A DNA stretch of 28,520 nucleotides, from the NCBI GenBank assembly GCA_035285545.1, contig JAYKGY010000013.1, forward strand, positions 1 to 28,520, in the 5' to 3' direction. The first letter of the stretch is position 1; each line of letters opens with the position of its first letter. Shown piece after piece: positions 8,258 through 16,776 of the stretch. The DNA is from Snowella sp. GTDB taxonomy: Bacteria; Cyanobacteriota; Cyanobacteriia; Cyanobacteriales; Microcystaceae. Both the position numbers and the translations under genes were made by a program. A model generated the notes under the pieces. It was not told the origin of the DNA and did not search any database. It saw only the letters and a program-made list of their open reading frames with translations.

Positions 8258-9616
8258 ATGAAAGTCAAACGCTTAGAATTAAAAGGGTTTCGGGGATTTG
8301 ATGAAATTGTCTTAGATTTTGATACAAGTCCTCAAAAGCCAACTGTTTTTATTGGTAATAATGGAGTTGGTAAATCAAGTATTTTGGATGCCTTAAATAT
8401 TTTATTATCATGGTTTACGAGTAATGTAAAACATAACCGATATCAATTCAAAAAAAATTCTTTAACAGGAGAGAAAAAATCTGATGGAAAAAGAGCCAGT
8501 GAAAATGATATTAAAAATTATTATGATAGTTTAAATCAAAATATTTTAGTCGAATATAAAGAAAAAAAATATAATTGGAGTATTTCAAATTTAAAAAAGG
8601 ATAATTTACAAAATCTTTACCAGTTAACAGATAATATCAGTAATGATATTGAAAATAAAAGTCTTTTAAGTATTCCAATTATTATTCATTATCCTGTTAA
8701 TCGCTCAGTTATTAAGATTCCTCTAGAGAGTAAAATAAATTATTCAACGGATATATTAGATGTTTACGATGAAATATTAGGTAATGATAGTAACCGTAAT
8801 TCTAGTCCAAAATCGTCTTCTAAAATAGGTACAATACTTAATAAAAGCTCAGTTTTTAGCTTTGATATTTTTTTTGAATGGTTTAGAACTATTGAAGACT
8901 TAGAAAATGAGAACAGAGTGGATAATCGTGAATATCGAGATAAGCAGCTAGTTGCTGTTAGAAAGGCAATTCATGTTTTAATTCCTGCGTTTGATAATCT
9001 TCGAGTAAGACGCAATCCCTTACGAATGACAGTTAATAAAAAAATTGGCAATAAAGTCGAAGAATTCACTATTAATCAACTGTCTGATGGTGAAAAATGT
9101 TTATTAGCGATGGTTGGTGATATTGCTCGTCGGTTAGCGATCGCGAATCCAAGCTTAGACGATCCATTGCAGGGAGAAGGCATTGTTTTAATTGATGAAA
9201 TAGAACTCCACTTACATCCGACCTGGCAACGTGAAATTATTCCGCGCTTAACTCAAACCTTTCCAAATTGCCAATTTATTGTTACAACTCATTCCCCTCA
9301 AGTTCTTAGCCAAGTTCATTCTGAAAATATTTATATTTTACAATCTACAGAAAATGGAATTATTGCTAGTCATCCCGAAAGCTCCTACGGCAGAGACAGC
9401 AATCAAATCTTAGAAAATCTGATGGATACGCCTAAACGTCCAAAATATTTTGATGATAAAATATTAGAGCTTTTTCGACTAATTGATCAGAATGATCTTG
9501 AGGCAGCTAAACAACTACGTCAAAGTTTAGAAGAAGAAATAGATGAAGGAAGTGATGACCCTGAAGTACTGTGGGCTGGAGGAGTAATTAACCGAAAAGA
9601 GGTTTTGGGCCGATGA
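8258..9616 (+). CDS. ABC/AAA-type ATPase, PtuA-like (Septu / retron I-A effector)
   Basis: Walker A GNNGVGKS, signature LSDGEK, Walker B VLIDEIELHLHP, H-loop TTHSP and C-terminal SYGRDSN; ATGA overlap with an HNH gene; AT-rich. Confidence 0.88.
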   Translation: MKVKRLELKGFRGFDEIVLDFDTSPQKPTVFIGNNGVGKSSILDALNILLSWFTSNVKHNRYQFKKNSLTGEKKSDGKRASENDIKNYYDSLNQNILVEYKEKKYNWSISNLKKDNLQNLYQLTDNISNDIENKSLLSIPIIIHYPVNRSVIKIPLESKINYSTDILDVYDEILGNDSNRNSSPKSSSKIGTILNKSSVFSFDIFFEWFRTIEDLENENRVDNREYRDKQLVAVRKAIHVLIPAFDNLRVRRNPLRMTVNKKIGNKVEEFTINQLSDGEKCLLAMVGDIARRLAIANPSLDDPLQGEGIVLIDEIELHLHPTWQREIIPRLTQTFPNCQFIVTTHSPQVLSQVHSENIYILQSTENGIIASHPESSYGRDSNQILENLMDTPKRPKYFDDKILELFRLIDQNDLEAAKQLRQSLEEEIDEGSDDPEVLWAGGVINRKEVLGR

Positions 9617-10311
9617 GATATATTAAAAAACAAGAAGAGCCGACAGAATTTAGCGAATGGAAAGCGGAAGAAAATGAAGATTGGAAACCTTATTGGAGTA
9701 GTAAAGGAACAAACTTTAGAGGTTCAGTAAAAAAGATCGTTCATGAGTCTTTATTAAAAGAACAGAGCTATATTTGCTGCTATTGCCAACGCCGCATAGA
9801 TCTCAACAATAGCCATATCGAGCATTTTAAACCAAAAGATGAAGATTGTTATCCTGAATTGTCGCTAGATTATCGTAATTTTTTAGCTTCATGTCAAAAA
9901 GAAAAAAATGAGCAAACGATAGAAGCAATTCCTGTTCATTGTGGCCATTCAAAAGGTAATTGGTACGATGAAAAATTAACTGTATCACCACTAATTGAAG
10001 ACTGTGCAGATTTTTTTCATTATACAATCACAGGAGCAATTTTACCAAGTGATGATCCCGCCAAGAAAAAAGCAGCAAAAACGACTATTGAAAAATTAGG
10101 TTTAGATAGATTAGATGACCAAAGATTAGCTGTTATCAGAAGTATTTTCGATGTAGAGGATCTTACTCAAGAAGATATCAAAAAATTGCTAATAAAATAT
10201 AATCAAGTTGACGAAAATGGGCAATATTATCCTTATTGTAATGTTTTAATTTATCTACTGAAAGAACAATATGAGCTTCTGTGCGAGTTTAACTCAAAAA
10301 TCAGCACATAA
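9613..10311 (+). CDS. HNH endonuclease, PtuB-like (TIGR02646-type)
   Basis: MRYIKK..EP start, EQSYICCYCQ, SHIEHFKPK, LDYRNFLASC and HCGHSKG motifs. Confidence 0.88.
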   Translation: MRYIKKQEEPTEFSEWKAEENEDWKPYWSSKGTNFRGSVKKIVHESLLKEQSYICCYCQRRIDLNNSHIEHFKPKDEDCYPELSLDYRNFLASCQKEKNEQTIEAIPVHCGHSKGNWYDEKLTVSPLIEDCADFFHYTITGAILPSDDPAKKKAAKTTIEKLGLDRLDDQRLAVIRSIFDVEDLTQEDIKKLLIKYNQVDENGQYYPYCNVLIYLLKEQYELLCEFNSKIST

Positions 10312-10323
10312 AATGATAAAAGA

Positions 10324-10710
10324 GGTTCTCCGCGATTAGCAGTGAAAAGCGTATGATGGTTTATATTGTATGAGGTGTGGACTATGATGTGTTTTCTTGA
10401 AAATCTTCTTAAATCACCTCAAATTAGCGTACAAAATATAATACAAGAAGAGTAAGAAATTTTTCTGATATTAATGTGTACAGATGAAAAAATCAAATGT
10501 CAATATTGTGAGCATTTAACAGATGAATTACATCAAACACACCATGTTATGGTGAGAGATTTGTCCATATCAGGTCAAGCCGTTTACCTCAAAGTCCCCC
10601 GCCGCAAATTCTATTGTAAAAATTGTCAACACTACTTTACAGAAAATCCAGAATTGATGAATCCCCGTAGAAAATATACAAAATGATATGAGAATTATAT
10701 TTATCAAATC
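10324..10710 (+). mobile_element. Truncated ISL3-family IS remnant (left end plus 5' part of transposase)
   Basis: GGTTCT... at 10324 resembles an ISL3 terminus; it is followed by a zinc-finger ISL3 transposase fragment. No right end is visible. Confidence 0.65.
10384..10710 (+). pseudogene. ISL3 transposase pseudogene fragment
   Basis: The frame from ATG 10384 reads MMCFLENLLKSPQI...QEE*EIFLILMCTDEKIKCQYC...VRDLSISGQAVYLKVPRRKFYCKNC..FTE...RRKYTK*YENYIYQI. In-frame stops at 10453 and 10684; the catalytic domain is missing. Confidence 0.85.
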
Positions 10711-10716
10711 GCTATA

Positions 10717-11292
10717 TCAATTATCAATTATTAATTCGGGAATATCCTCAACAGGATGGCTCAAAGACGGTTGAATGATGTAGGGAAGAAAAGCACCGGC
10801 TAAGCCTTTTTGGATATGTCTGGGGGTTTGTTCAAACAGAATAAACAGGGGACAAATTTTTTCAGCCGCTTCACTAAACATGTGTTCTTGGTGAGCGGGC
10901 ATTAACCATTCATAGTCTTTATCGAGATACATCTGGCTTTTGCGCCAACGCATCAGTAAATTGGAAAAATCTTCCCCCGGTCGATGGATAAAAATCAGAA
11001 TTTCGGCACCAAGTTTGATTTGCCATTCCGGATCGCACATAATGATGGCCAGATCGCAGGGGAGTTGGACGGTTTCAGGAGATGGGGTGATATCAAAACC
11101 GTTCTCACCCAAGGTTTTAGCTGGACGAATACGAATTAACGGCAAAGGAATCGTAATAATGCTTTTTTCGGGACGACGAAGACTCGGCAGCATTTCTAGG
11201 TAAGGGCGATGTTGTCGCAAAAGAGCGATCGCGCCTTCCCCGCTACTGTATTCCGCCAATAAAATTTCATAATCCGATTGTTTAATAGACAC
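10717..11292 (-). CDS. Hypothetical protein (probably conserved in cyanobacteria)
   Basis: 191-aa ORF with GTG start, GAGG upstream, globular composition and an internal HIP1 site; no motif recognised. Confidence 0.75.
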   Translation of the reverse strand: MSIKQSDYEILLAEYSSGEGAIALLRQHRPYLEMLPSLRRPEKSIITIPLPLIRIRPAKTLGENGFDITPSPETVQLPCDLAIIMCDPEWQIKLGAEILIFIHRPGEDFSNLLMRWRKSQMYLDKDYEWLMPAHQEHMFSEAAEKICPLFILFEQTPRHIQKGLAGAFLPYIIQPSLSHPVEDIPELIIDN

Positions 11293-11475
11293 GCAAGAAC
11301 CTCAACCTGATTCTTTTATTTTACTCACCTTTACCGATTTTTCCTGCTTAGGGGGGAATAAGTACAGTATTTTGAACTTTGAGAAAAGTTTTTTCGTGAT
11401 GGGTCATTAATGGATTGCAATTAATGCTATTGATTTACATTAAAATAATAAAAGAAAAACTGATTAATCCGGATT

Positions 11476-11925
11476 ATGATAAGCACAAAATCACTCTATG
11501 AGCAAGATTTTTCCCAATGGGTAGAGAATACGGTCAAACAGCTTCATGCCAAAAATACGGAAGATCTAGATTGGGAAAATTTAATTGAAGAAGTGGAAAG
11601 TTTGGGCAGAAGTCAACGTAAAACAGTGAGGAGTTTCTTGCTGAACCTGTTAGAGCATTTGCTTAAACGTGGTTATGTTCCCCTAATAGACTGTTATCGC
11701 GGCTGGGAAATTGAGATTCGCAATTTTCGTAGAGAACTAAAACAGGAGTTTAAGGATTCGCCTAGTCTCAAATCCTTTGCAATTGACATATTAGCAGAAA
11801 CCTATCAAGACGCTTTAGAATCTCTGAGAGAAGATTACCCTGACCTTATTTTTCCTGATTTGTGTCCCTTTACCTCAAATTTAGAGGATTTATTAACGGT
11901 TAAATTCTGGGAAAATTTAAAGTGA
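11476..11925 (+). CDS. DUF29 family protein
   Basis: LYEQDF..W...LDWENLIEEVESLG...LLEHLLK...GW..EI...R...DSPSLK...FP..CPF pattern. Confidence 0.92.
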   Translation: MISTKSLYEQDFSQWVENTVKQLHAKNTEDLDWENLIEEVESLGRSQRKTVRSFLLNLLEHLLKRGYVPLIDCYRGWEIEIRNFRRELKQEFKDSPSLKSFAIDILAETYQDALESLREDYPDLIFPDLCPFTSNLEDLLTVKFWENLK

Positions 11926-12164
11926 GAAGACAAAAATGCAGGTATTAGATTTTCTATAATTTAACATCAATGTAAAGTCTTTAAGGTATTTTTTACCCGC
12001 ATACAAATTTTGAATACTTCTTAAGAATCAGATGTTAATCTAAAATTTATATCTATCGCCAACGAACTCATCTTTATTCCTCATAAAAATACTGATTTAG
12101 TTAGAAGCGAATTAAATGGATATCTCCCATGATTGAAAGTAACTCTATTAGGAGAATCCTCGCT

Positions 12165-13037
12165 ATGTATCTCATGAAAATTAAGGATTTTAATCCCAAC
12201 TATAAACAAGAAATTTTTGGTGGTGAAGATGTTGTTGGTTTTGATGCTTATACGGATGTAAATAATGAAAAAATTGGAACGATTCATGACATTTTAGTTG
12301 ATGAATCTGGCCGCCTACGCTATATCGTTATCGATACCGGCTGGTGGATTTTCGGGAAAAAAGTTTTATTACCCACTGGCTATTGCCGCATTGATTACGC
12401 GAACCATCATCTTTATGCGTCGGGTTTAACCAAGGAACAGGTCGAAGATCTTCCGAATTACGATGATCAAACCCGTGTGGATTACGAATACGAAGAACGG
12501 GTACGGTCTACCTATCGCCCTGCGGCAACGGCCGGTACAACAACCGCTTCCCAGTCTCGTACTAAGGATTCCTATCATTACGATCAAGAACCCTCTCTCT
12601 ATCACCCTCCCACGGAAGACCGCGATCGCATTCGTCTCTATGAAGAGCGTCTCGTAGCCGCAAAACAACGTCAAAAAACAGGTGAAGTGACTGTCGGAAA
12701 AAATGTAGTTTCCGAAACGGAGCAAGTTCAAGTTCCTGTCGAAAAAGAACAAGTAATCGTTGAACGTCGGACTCCTCGTGATGCAGGCAGGGCGGTGACG
12801 AATGCAGAAGGGGCTTTCCAAGAAGGGGAAGTTATGCGGATGGATGTTTACGAAGAAAATGCTGATGTTCGTAAAGAAACCGTTTTACGAGAAGAAGTCA
12901 GCGTTAAAAAAGAGGTTAAACAGGATACGGTGACGGCGGAAGGAACGGTACGTCGGGAAGAGTTAGAAGTCGATTCTAATGGTGAGCCGGTTGTCCAAAA
13001 TGATCGCCAAACTCGGCGTTCGTCTCGTCGTTCCTAA
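12165..13037 (+). CDS. PRC-barrel plus DUF2382 (YsnF/AvaK-like) protein
   Basis: PRC barrel EKIGTIHDILVDESGRLRYIVIDTGWWIFGKKVLLP; DUF2382 IRLYEERL...GEVTVGK...VRREEL. Start moved to ATG 12165 because AGGAGA lies at 12150-12155. Confidence 0.88.
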   Translation: MYLMKIKDFNPNYKQEIFGGEDVVGFDAYTDVNNEKIGTIHDILVDESGRLRYIVIDTGWWIFGKKVLLPTGYCRIDYANHHLYASGLTKEQVEDLPNYDDQTRVDYEYEERVRSTYRPAATAGTTTASQSRTKDSYHYDQEPSLYHPPTEDRDRIRLYEERLVAAKQRQKTGEVTVGKNVVSETEQVQVPVEKEQVIVERRTPRDAGRAVTNAEGAFQEGEVMRMDVYEENADVRKETVLREEVSVKKEVKQDTVTAEGTVRREELEVDSNGEPVVQNDRQTRRSSRRS

Positions 13038-13071
13038 TTTGCCCAATCCCTGTTAGCTCTCTCCAACTCCC

Positions 13072-13497
13072 ATGCCAGATCCTAATTATCACCATAATGG
13101 TCATTCTGAAAAAATCATTCCCCTATATGAGGAACGGTTGGTTGTCGAACGCTCTAGACGAAAGGCGGGTGAAATTATCATTCGCAAAAAGGTGGAAACC
13201 GAACTCGTAGAAATTCCTGTTTATCGGGAAAAGCTAATCGTTGAGCGGTTGGATGCAGATTTGATCCCGCTGGCAGAAATTGAGATCGGAGCCACCCAGC
13301 TAACAGGGGATACCCAAGCCGTGCGATCGCGGGTTACGGTCGAATTCACCGATCTAGATCTCGCGATTGAAGCCTTGCAAGCCCTTGCTCAACAGGGATT
13401 ATCAGATCACGAGAAGGTACGGTTACAGTTGACATTAAAAGACGAGTCTCAGCGATCGCGTTATCAATCTTTTTTAGAACGGTGGTCAACTTTTTAA
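13072..13497 (+). CDS. DUF2382 (YsnF/AvaK-like) domain protein
   Basis: IIPLYEERLVVERSRRKAGEIIIRKKVETELVEIPVYREKLIVE; the 3' end overlaps the convergent DGC gene by 12 nt. Confidence 0.8.
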   Translation: MPDPNYHHNGHSEKIIPLYEERLVVERSRRKAGEIIIRKKVETELVEIPVYREKLIVERLDADLIPLAEIEIGATQLTGDTQAVRSRVTVEFTDLDLAIEALQALAQQGLSDHEKVRLQLTLKDESQRSRYQSFLERWSTF

Positions 13498-15297
13498 TAA
13501 CGGGTTAGGATCTAGCCCAAGCCCCCCATCCTCACACACCCAGCGATCGCGCCCTTGGGCCTTGGCTTCATAGAGACACTTATCTGCCCTAGCAATTAAA
13601 TGTTGGGGAATGGTTTCGAGGGTCGGAATAGCACTGGCAATGCCTAAACTAATAGTGATAAAGGGTTGGGTTGTTCCCGTTTTCGCATGGGGAATCGCTA
13701 ACGCAGCGATCGCTACTTGAATTTTTTGGGCAATATCAATCGCACCGTTTGCATCCGTATTGGGCAAAATAATCGCAAATTCTTCTCCGCCATAACGAGC
13801 CAACAAATCAGAGGAACGACCTAAAACCTGTTGTGCCGCTTCTGCCACTTGACGAAGACATTGATCTCCAGCAGGATGACCATAATGATCATTGTAAGGT
13901 TTGAAATAATCCACATCAAACATAATCAAAGACAAATAACCTCTTTCTCGCGTTAATCGCAGCCATTCTTTATCTAAAGTTTCATCAAAATACCGACGAT
14001 TGGGCACATTCGTTAATCCATCTAAACGAGCTAACCGTTCAACTTTATGATGGGCAATTTCTAAGGCATTCAAGGTTTCAATTAACTGGTCTGCCTGGGA
14101 ACGGGTTTGGGTCAATAGCTCTAGATGTTCTAACGCCACATTAAATTGGGCTGCAATTTGCCGAATAAATTGAATTTCTAAGGTTTTCCACTCTCGCGGC
14201 GATCGACAATGATGGATACACAATAAACCCCACAGCGTTGATCCCTTAATCAGCGGAACCACAATCTGGGCTTCAACTTCAAAACTTTCTAATAACGCTA
14301 AATGGCACGGTTTTAAATCGGCTTGATGAACATTATTAGTAATTTGCATTCGTTGTTTCAAATACAATGGCGCAAAGCGATCGCCAAAGCAATGATCCTG
14401 AATTTTTTCCGTAAGAATAGAATCATAGGCCGGTAAAACACTCTCCGCAATAAATTGGCCACAGTTATAACCCGAATCTGGCTCAAAACGAAAAATAACA
14501 ACCCGATCCGTATTTAAAACTTTCCGCACTTCTTTAGTCGTTGTTTTAAACAGCGTGTCTAAATCCAAAGACTCCCGAATTTCCGCCACAACATTAAACA
14601 AAACTTCCTGTTGTTGTGTAATGGCTTCCAACGAATTGGCCTTTTCCTGCACCTGGGTTAATAATTCTGCTTGTTGAACCGCAAACCCTAAATGGGTCGC
14701 CACCTGCGCTAAAAATTGAATCTCGACTGTTTTCCAATCATGGGGAACAGAATGTTGATAAGCCGCTAAAATCCCCCAGAGTTTATCCCGTACAAAAATC
14801 GGAGCCGTTGCATAGGCACGAATATAAAATTGCTCCAAAACGTCAAGATGACATTGAGAAAGGCCCGCCTGATAAATATCCGCAACCGCTAAGCTTTCAT
14901 TCTGGCGATAGCGTCCCCCTTGATGCTCTTGAAGATAGGAGTCATTCCAAACCGTATTTTTTCCTAAAGCATCCTCCGCTTTCCAGGTAGACTCTGCAAA
15001 CTCAAAGTCACTGACAAATTCCCCCCCCCAGTCTTCATTAAAGCGATACACCGCAACGCGCTCTACTTGAAGAAGTTTACAGGTTTCTTTGGTGGTTGTC
15101 CGAAAAATGGTTTCTAAATCCAACGATGCACGAATTTTGCTGATAACCCGAAACGTTGCCTGCTGAATTTCAGACATTTGCTCAATTTGCAAACGTTGAG
15201 TTTTAAGCTGCGCCTCTAAATCATCAAGCCGAGGTAGCCTGAGTAATTGACAACTCCAATTAATTAACGGACGTAACATTTCCTGGTAATGCTCCAT
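13486..15297 (-). CDS. Cyanobacteriochrome diguanylate cyclase (GAF-GAF-GGDEF)
   Basis: GAF1 has WNDSYLQ...QCH; GAF2 has QDHCF...PCH; DGLTNVPNRR, FDVDYFKPYND.YGH..GD and RSSD-LLARY-GGEEF motifs follow. Confidence 0.92.
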   Translation of the reverse strand: MEHYQEMLRPLINWSCQLLRLPRLDDLEAQLKTQRLQIEQMSEIQQATFRVISKIRASLDLETIFRTTTKETCKLLQVERVAVYRFNEDWGGEFVSDFEFAESTWKAEDALGKNTVWNDSYLQEHQGGRYRQNESLAVADIYQAGLSQCHLDVLEQFYIRAYATAPIFVRDKLWGILAAYQHSVPHDWKTVEIQFLAQVATHLGFAVQQAELLTQVQEKANSLEAITQQQEVLFNVVAEIRESLDLDTLFKTTTKEVRKVLNTDRVVIFRFEPDSGYNCGQFIAESVLPAYDSILTEKIQDHCFGDRFAPLYLKQRMQITNNVHQADLKPCHLALLESFEVEAQIVVPLIKGSTLWGLLCIHHCRSPREWKTLEIQFIRQIAAQFNVALEHLELLTQTRSQADQLIETLNALEIAHHKVERLARLDGLTNVPNRRYFDETLDKEWLRLTRERGYLSLIMFDVDYFKPYNDHYGHPAGDQCLRQVAEAAQQVLGRSSDLLARYGGEEFAIILPNTDANGAIDIAQKIQVAIAALAIPHAKTGTTQPFITISLGIASAIPTLETIPQHLIARADKCLYEAKAQGRDRWVCEDGGLGLDPNPLLKS

Positions 15298-15423
15298 CAG
15301 AGCTTTATCAATAAAATTTTGAACCTAATCAAGCTGAATAGATACAACACTCAATGAAGCTAAAAGACATTATCCGGAGAAGAATAGGAAAATCCTTCTC
15401 AATCCTTCTCCCAATTTTATCTA

Positions 15424-16458
15424 TTATGCATCTTCTGCAAAAACAAAACGATAGAGTTCGCTCGGATCTGGTTCCGGGCTACTTTCCGCAAATTTAACGG
15501 CATCATCAATGATCCCTTGTACCTTTTTATCAATGTCTTTGAGTTCGTCTAAGGTCGCCAAATTATATTCCGTCAAATACGCAGCAAATTTTTGGATGGG
15601 ATCTCTTGCCCCCCAGAATTGTTTTTCATCACTCGAACGCAACTCATCGGGATCGGCGAGGGAGTGGCCACGGAAACGATAGGTCAAGGCTTCAATCAAA
15701 GTCGGCCCTTCTCCGGCTCTGGCCCGCGCAACCGCTTCTTCGGCAACGGAATGAACCGCTAACAGATCCATGCCGTCCACTTCGACTCCCGGCATATTAA
15801 AAACCGAGGCTTTTTTGTAAATTTCAGGCTGAGAAGTTGCTCGTTCGTGGGCCATGCCGATCGCCCATTTGTTATTTTCCACCACAAATAAAATCGGCAA
15901 TTTCCAGAGGGCCGCCATATTCAGACATTCAAAAAATTGACCATTGTTGCTGGTTCCATCCCCAAAGAAACAAGCCGTTACCGTATCGGCAGTGGGATCT
16001 CCCAACACTTCCCGACGATATTTACTCTGGAAAGCGGCCCCTAAAGCGACGGGAATACCTTCTCCAATAAAGGCAAAACCACCTAATAATTTATGGGGTT
16101 CAGAAAAGAGGTGCATCGATCCGCCTCTGCCTTTACTACAGCCTGTTGCTTTGCCAAACAATTCGGCCATAACTTCTCTGGCGGGAACTCCTGCACTCAG
16201 TGCGTGTACGTGATCTCGATAGGTACTACAAACGTAGTCTTGATCCCGTCGCATTGCCCGAATAATGCCGGTTGAAACCGCTTCTTGCCCGTTATATAAA
16301 TGCACAAAACCAAACATTTTGCCGCGATAATACATCTCCGCACATTTATCTTCAAACAAGCGGCCTAAGACCATATCTTCGTACAGCAAAAGTCCTTTTT
16401 CTTTGCTCATGGAAACTTTGGCGGTATTAAATTCGGGTAGGATACGTTCGGCAACCAT
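15424..16458 (-). CDS. pdhA: Pyruvate dehydrogenase E1 alpha subunit
   Basis: [27 protein letters not shown]-binding GDG...ENN and YRFRGHS motifs. Confidence 0.97.
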   Translation of the reverse strand: MVAERILPEFNTAKVSMSKEKGLLLYEDMVLGRLFEDKCAEMYYRGKMFGFVHLYNGQEAVSTGIIRAMRRDQDYVCSTYRDHVHALSAGVPAREVMAELFGKATGCSKGRGGSMHLFSEPHKLLGGFAFIGEGIPVALGAAFQSKYRREVLGDPTADTVTACFFGDGTSNNGQFFECLNMAALWKLPILFVVENNKWAIGMAHERATSQPEIYKKASVFNMPGVEVDGMDLLAVHSVAEEAVARARAGEGPTLIEALTYRFRGHSLADPDELRSSDEKQFWGARDPIQKFAAYLTEYNLATLDELKDIDKKVQGIIDDAVKFAESSPEPDPSELYRFVFAEDA

Positions 16459-16776
16459 AACGTTTGTTGTTCTATAGGAAGGGATAAAATTTTAAGTTGT
16501 AAAGAATTATCTCAGATTTCCTCACTCAGGAGATCGGGAAAAAACGAGTAGATAAAATCTAAGGGATCTATGCAAGATTAGTTGAGCACATTGTAGATCT
16601 TTGCGCTAAAATTACGCCAAGTTAAAAGTTATGTCTTAAAAATCATCAACGCTTAAGTTTAAATGTGATGGACATTATCTTGACTGGAACTTAAGTGATA
16701 GACAACTTTTCATGAGTCCCTTTATTATAGTAAGCCTTAACGTTGTTTCTAGGTTGCTGCTCTGAGGAAGCTTACC

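Noticed and set aside
12129..12164. Upstream start for the PRC-DUF2382 gene
   Set aside because: This stretch contains the SD (AGGAGA) for ATG 12165.
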